Below are positions 31,916 to 32,000 of a stretch of 32,000 bases of DNA, piece by piece. Under the pieces are notes generated by a model. The model did no database searches and was not told where the DNA came from. It saw only the letters and a list, made by a program, of their open reading frames with translations. A program made the position numbers and the translations under genes. The stretch comes from Gemmata obscuriglobus. GTDB lineage: Bacteria > Planctomycetota > Planctomycetia > Gemmatales > Gemmataceae. The stretch covers positions 4,950,001 to 4,982,000 of the forward strand of contig NZ_CP042911.1 of the NCBI RefSeq assembly GCF_008065095.1. The letters run 5' to 3'. Numbering within the stretch: position 1 is the first letter of the stretch; every line of letters begins with the position of its first letter.

Positions 31916-32000
31916 TCAAAACGGGTTTGCGGCTCGCAACCGCACACGACGATCAAGCCGCAGCGATCCCGGCCATATGAACCATAAGGGGACACAACAG

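Noticed and set aside
1-32000. Scan for CRISPR arrays, rRNA and tRNA genes
   Set aside because: I found no regularly spaced 25-40-bp direct repeats, no rRNA-like conserved blocks and no cloverleaf-compatible T-loop contexts by eye. A tRNAscan-SE/Infernal run would be the decisive check.

Overview
High-GC bacterial chromosomal segment, roughly two-thirds G+C by eye. The gene style (a Tat-signal Gfo/Idh/MocA oxidoreductase, giant polytopic membrane proteins, GGAGG-type RBSs, frequent GTG/TTG starts that the ORF track prints as M) suggests a Gemmata-like planctomycete; this is inference only. Left third (1-14 kb) is mostly housekeeping: a partial multi-PAS sensor, a nagA-type deacetylase followed by two coupled unknown small ORFs, a 359-nt structured spacer, a HlyD-MFS(DHA2) efflux pair with a convergent TolC-family gene, a Zn-alcohol dehydrogenase, RidA and GlgX. 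A LexA-type wHTH fused to a pRiA4b-ORF3-like domain sits between the pump genes and the TolC gene. Middle (14-28 kb) is accessory. It starts with a 60-bp perfect palindrome, a decayed IS4-family transposase remnant and an IS630-family element with an A8 frameshift site. Next comes a tightly packed minus-strand operon: a nucleotide-sugar dehydrogenase homologue lacking the catalytic Cys, an SDR epimerase/dehydratase, a SAM methyltransferase, a polyprenyl-phosphate-type GT2 and a 1091-aa membrane protein. A divergent 741-aa membrane protein follows, then AT-rich patches, an ISL3-family element with perfect 8-bp target duplications, and an IS5-family remnant. I consider this Arn/Gtr-like cluster, built around two unrecognisable giant membrane proteins, the best candidate for an undescribed system. 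Right end: the Gfo/Idh/MocA oxidoreductase, a lipoprotein, two small ORFs and rsmE. I saw no rRNA, tRNA or CRISPR array. Many long R/P/G-rich ORFs in the track are antisense shadows of real genes.
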